From Candidatus Binatia bacterium (GTDB lineage: Bacteria; Desulfobacterota; Binatia; UBA1149; CAITLU01), in the NCBI GenBank assembly GCA_035626675.1, contig DASPNH010000202.1, forward strand, positions 15,020-79,019: a stretch of 64,000 nucleotides of DNA, written 5' to 3'. The notes under the pieces are model-generated. The model did not search any database. It worked only from the letters and a program-made list of their open reading frames with translations, and was not told the DNA's origin. Every line of letters starts with the position of its first letter. Positions within the stretch are counted from its first letter, which is position 1. Both the position numbers and the translations under genes were made by a program. Positions 60,428 to 64,000 of this stretch are shown here, one piece after another.

Positions 60428-61288
60428 ATGAGCAACGCTGCCAACACGGCCAACGCCGAACAGATCGAGTACTGGAACGAAGTGGGCGGACCGAAGTGGG
60501 TCCGCTTCCAGCAGATGCTCGACAGCCAGCTCGAAGCCCTCGGGCTGGCGGCGATGGAAGCGGCATCGATCACCGGCAACGAGCACGTTCTGGATGTCGG
60601 CTGTGGATGCGGCAGCACCACGCTGATGCTCGGCAGGCAGCTGGCCTCAGGCGGACGCGCGGTCGGAATCGACATCTCGCGTCCGATGCTGGAGCTGGCG
60701 CGCCAGCGTGCCCAGCAGGAGCGGATCGCCAACGTATCGTTCGAAGAGGTCGACGCGCAGACGCACCGGTTTGCCGAGGAGGAGTACGAGATCCTCTACT
60801 CGCGCTTCGGCGTCATGTTCTTCGAGGATCCCGTCAAGGCGTTCGAGAACATGCGCACCGCCTTGCGTCCCGGCGGCCACGTCGCGTTCGTCTGCTGGCA
60901 GCCGGCACAAAAGAACCCCTGGGTGACCGTACCGATGATGATCGCGATGAAGCACGTGACCGTGGAGATGCCGATGACCCCGGACGCCCCCGGGCCCTTC
61001 GCGTTCGGCGACGCCGATCGCGTCCACCGCATCCTTCGCAATGCCGGCTACAGCGGCATCTCGGTGGAAGCCTTCAACCGCGACATGGCCATCGGCGGCG
61101 GCACCGACATCGAGCAGACGGTGCAGTTCATCATCGACCTTGGTCCGGTTTCACGGGCACTCAAGGACGTGCCCGATCCGGTGCGAAAGACCATCGCCGA
61201 GGAGATCCGCGAGTCGATGCAGCAGTTCGACGGTCCAAAGGGCGTGCGCATGCCCGCGGCCGCATGGATCGTCACGGCCGAGAACTGA
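60428..61288 (+). CDS. Class I SAM-dependent methyltransferase
   Basis: AGGAG RBS; VLDVGCGCG, GIDIS, SRFGVMFFEDP, LRPGG. Confidence 0.9.
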   Translation: MSNAANTANAEQIEYWNEVGGPKWVRFQQMLDSQLEALGLAAMEAASITGNEHVLDVGCGCGSTTLMLGRQLASGGRAVGIDISRPMLELARQRAQQERIANVSFEEVDAQTHRFAEEEYEILYSRFGVMFFEDPVKAFENMRTALRPGGHVAFVCWQPAQKNPWVTVPMMIAMKHVTVEMPMTPDAPGPFAFGDADRVHRILRNAGYSGISVEAFNRDMAIGGGTDIEQTVQFIIDLGPVSRALKDVPDPVRKTIAEEIRESMQQFDGPKGVRMPAAAWIVTAEN

Positions 61289-61321
61289 CGCGCTGCCGGC
61301 CCACGGCGTGAAGCGCGCGAG

Positions 61322-62188
61322 TTGACGACCGCCTCCGAAACCGAACGACCGGGCCGTCGCCGGCTGCGCGGCTGGTCGGGCGAGATCGTCCGTGCCACTG
61401 TCGGCGTGGCCGTGGTTCTTGCCGTGTTGACCGCACTGCAAAGTCGTTTCCTCTATTTCCCCTCGCGCGAGATGGTCGCCAGTCCCGCCGACCTCGGACT
61501 GCCGTACCAGGAAGTGCGCATGAAGACCGAGGACGGCGTGGCCATTCACGGCTGGTGGCTTCCCAACGAGAACGCGGGCGCCACGGTCCTGTTCCTCCAC
61601 GGCAACGCTGGCAACATTTCGTACTGGCTCGATGCCGTGCGCGGTTACCACGCCTGCGGCTGGAACGTCCTTCTCATCGACTATCGCGGCTACGGGCTCA
61701 GCGAGGGATCGCCCAGCGAGGAAGGCACCTACCTGGACGCGAAGGCTGCGTGGCGGCACATCACCGAGACGCGCGGCGTCGATCCATCGCAGATCGTCGT
61801 CATCGGCCGCTCGCTCGGCGGCGGCGTCGCGCTCGGGCTGATCGAGCATCACCAGCCGGCCGGTGTGGTGCTGGAAGCGACGTTCACCTCCATTCCCGAC
61901 ATGGTCGCCCACGTGATGCGCGTGGGACTGCTCGGCCAGCTCATGCGCATCCATTACCCCAACCTCGAGCGTGTCCGCGGACTGAAGGTGCCGGTACTGA
62001 TCGTGCACAGCCCGCAGGACGATCTGGTGCCGTTCGCGCAGGGCCGCGCGCTGTTCGAAGCGGCGCCGCAGCCCAAACGCTTCCTCGAGATACGCGGCGG
62101 TCACAACGACGGCTTCTACGAGGCGCGCGAGGACTACCTGCGCGGCGTGCGCGAGTTCGTCGAAGAGGTCGTGCCGCGGCCGCAATGA
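61322..62188 (+). CDS. Alpha/beta hydrolase (ABHD13/BEM46-like)
   Basis: N-terminal TM; LHGNAGN, DYRGYG.S.GSPSE.G, GRSLGG, GGHND. Confidence 0.88.
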   Translation: MTTASETERPGRRRLRGWSGEIVRATVGVAVVLAVLTALQSRFLYFPSREMVASPADLGLPYQEVRMKTEDGVAIHGWWLPNENAGATVLFLHGNAGNISYWLDAVRGYHACGWNVLLIDYRGYGLSEGSPSEEGTYLDAKAAWRHITETRGVDPSQIVVIGRSLGGGVALGLIEHHQPAGVVLEATFTSIPDMVAHVMRVGLLGQLMRIHYPNLERVRGLKVPVLIVHSPQDDLVPFAQGRALFEAAPQPKRFLEIRGGHNDGFYEAREDYLRGVREFVEEVVPRPQ

Positions 62189-62298
62189 CCCCCAATCATG
62201 GTGCGCCTCGGCGTGATTTCCCTGAAATCGCCGTGGTCAGAGCCTCATCGTTGGAATAGAAAACCGCTTACGGCGCGACCGGCGCCCGGGGGTTCGAC

Positions 62299-64000
62299 AT
62301 GGTCGTCACACCGGCAGCGCGCAGACCGCGCGGCATCTTTCGCGCAATCGTTCTCGGTGCCTCGCTCTTCCTGGCCATGCACGTGACGCCGGCGCTTGCC
62401 TGCGAGACGAACGCCGACTGCGGACCCGGCACTCCGATCTGCGGTTTCTTCGGCGAATGCACGCAGTGCACCGACGACAGTCACTGCGCCGCCCCGACAC
62501 CCGCGTGCGATTTCGAGTCGGGCACGTGCCGGCAGTGCGGCGGCTCTGACACCAGTCAGTGCACGGGCAGCACGCCCGCCTGCAACTTCGACAGCGGCGA
62601 GTGCCGGCAATGCTCCCTGAGCGACATCAGCCAGTGCACGGGGATGACGCCGACGTGCAACGAAGCGCTAGGCGTATGCGAAGAATGCGAATCCGTCGCC
62701 GACTGCGGATCGAACCCTGCCACACCGGCCTGCCTGCCCGACGGGTCGTGCGGCGAATGCACCGACGATTCCTTCTGCAGCAACGACGAGCCGATCTGCG
62801 ACGTGGGCACCGGAACCTGCGGCCCCTGCAGCGACGACATGCAATGTCCCGGCGAGCAGCCCTATTGCACCGACGGCCGCTGCGTCCAGTGCGAGAGCGA
62901 CGCGGACTGCAACAATCGTTTCTGCAGCGCCGCCGGCGCGTGCGTCGAATGCAGGGATGCGGGCGATTGCCAGCACTACATTCCCGAGGATCCGCCCGGC
63001 AGCGGAGAGCCCGACCCCTGCTACACGGCCGTGTGCCATGCCTCCGGCATGTGCCAGCAGCAGCAGTCTGACTCGATGCTCCCGCAGTGCTTCGGCTGCT
63101 GCATTTCGCACAACGAGATCTTCTTCCCCGAGTTCACCTGCTTCATGGAGAGCAAGTACAACTGCACCTTCTACTCACGCCCGTTCTACGCCGGCTACGA
63201 CTCGAGCCAGTGCGTGCAGAACCGGCCGACGCAAGGCGACTCGTTCTGCGTCTGCAACAGCGACGATGACTGCAACGACGGTCAGGGTTGCACTGCCGAT
63301 TCGTGCAATCCTTCCAGTCCGGCATCGGGCGCGGGCGGCTGCGTCCACACCAACCTGAACGGCCTGGCCTGCGACGACGGCGACGTCTGCTCGGGACCGG
63401 ACGTGTGCACCGACGGCGTATGCATGGGCAACAGCCCGCTCTCGTGCGACGACTCCAACCCGTGCACCAACGACTACTGCAACTATCCGGGCGGATGCGT
63501 GCATCAGCCGATTGCGTTCATCCCGTGCGACGACGGCGATGCGTGCAACGGTCAGGACACCTGCAACGAGGCGGGAGTGTGCGTGCATGCCAATCCCGGC
63601 GGCGAGGGTTCCCTCTGCGACGACGGCGACCCGTGTACGGTCGACGACGTGTGCACGGGTGGTCTCTGCTCGGGCGAGGCGCCTTCGGATTGCAATGCCA
63701 CCGCGGCCAAGACCCAGCTCAGCATCACCGGCTCCGACGACGACGCGAAGGACAAGATCTCGTTCCAATGGCTCAAGGGTACCTTCGAGTTTGACGATCT
63801 CGGTGCCCCGGCCGTCGGCACCGACTACACGCTGTGCATCCGCGAGGGCGACAGCGTGCTGGCGCGGCTGACCGCACCGCGCGGCGAGGACTGCGGCGCC
63901 GATCCGTGCTGGACGCTCAGCGGCAATCCGCCTTCGGGCATCGCCTACAAGGACCGGCGCAAGCCGGCCGTCAACGACGGCATCGCAGGGCTGTCGGCCA
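62299..64000 (+). CDS. Secreted cysteine-rich repeat protein with a conserved C-terminal domain (partial, runs off the window)
   Basis: Translated by hand; not in the track because it has no stop. Signal peptide ending PALA, about 8 C-x3-5-C-x4-6-P-x-C-x4-5-C repeats, CDDGDxC/CDDSNPCT repeats, then TGSDDDAKDK...GTDYTLCIREG. Confidence 0.85.
   Translation, partial: MVVTPAARRPRGIFRAIVLGASLFLAMHVTPALACETNADCGPGTPICGFFGECTQCTDDSHCAAPTPACDFESGTCRQCGGSDTSQCTGSTPACNFDSGECRQCSLSDISQCTGMTPTCNEALGVCEECESVADCGSNPATPACLPDGSCGECTDDSFCSNDEPICDVGTGTCGPCSDDMQCPGEQPYCTDGRCVQCESDADCNNRFCSAAGACVECRDAGDCQHYIPEDPPGSGEPDPCYTAVCHASGMCQQQQSDSMLPQCFGCCISHNEIFFPEFTCFMESKYNCTFYSRPFYAGYDSSQCVQNRPTQGDSFCVCNSDDDCNDGQGCTADSCNPSSPASGAGGCVHTNLNGLACDDGDVCSGPDVCTDGVCMGNSPLSCDDSNPCTNDYCNYPGGCVHQPIAFIPCDDGDACNGQDTCNEAGVCVHANPGGEGSLCDDGDPCTVDDVCTGGLCSGEAPSDCNATAAKTQLSITGSDDDAKDKISFQWLKGTFEFDDLGAPAVGTDYTLCIREGDSVLARLTAPRGEDCGADPCWTLSGNPPSGIAYKDRRKPAVNDGIAGLSA

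Overview
A GC-rich bacterial chromosomal segment (about 70% GC in a sampled core-gene line) with roughly 58 protein-coding genes and one tRNA-Thr(CGT). The Cys-rich secreted proteins, dockerin-like repeats and lipid/steroid-type enzymes suggest a Candidatus Binatia-like or myxobacteria-like lineage; this is inference only. Housekeeping and metabolic genes include gloA, trmO, glgA, hemH, a thiolase, sodC, def and dsbD. The window also holds a MacAB-TolC-type efflux operon, two KshA/Neverland-like Rieske oxygenases, an ERG4/ERG24 sterol reductase, a VapBC pair, a solo HicB-like gene, a low-GC DUF262-DUF1524 (GmrSD-like) gene and a frameshifted enoyl-CoA hydratase. The most notable signals are non-coding. 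(1) A histidine kinase plus sigma-54 activator operon is followed by repeated TGTCTCR sites, an IHF-like site and a GG-N10-GC promoter that points into a ~270-nt hairpin-rich segment with no convincing ORF, an arrangement like CbrAB-CrcZ. (2) An unassigned ~300-nt highly structured element lies beside the tRNA. (3) A dispersed family of palindromic GGGG(T/A)CAG(G)/GGGGAC elements sits at gene 3' ends, with conserved termini and different, perfectly paired cores. No CRISPR array, integrase or transposase was seen. All family assignments come from motif recognition by eye; no database search was run.
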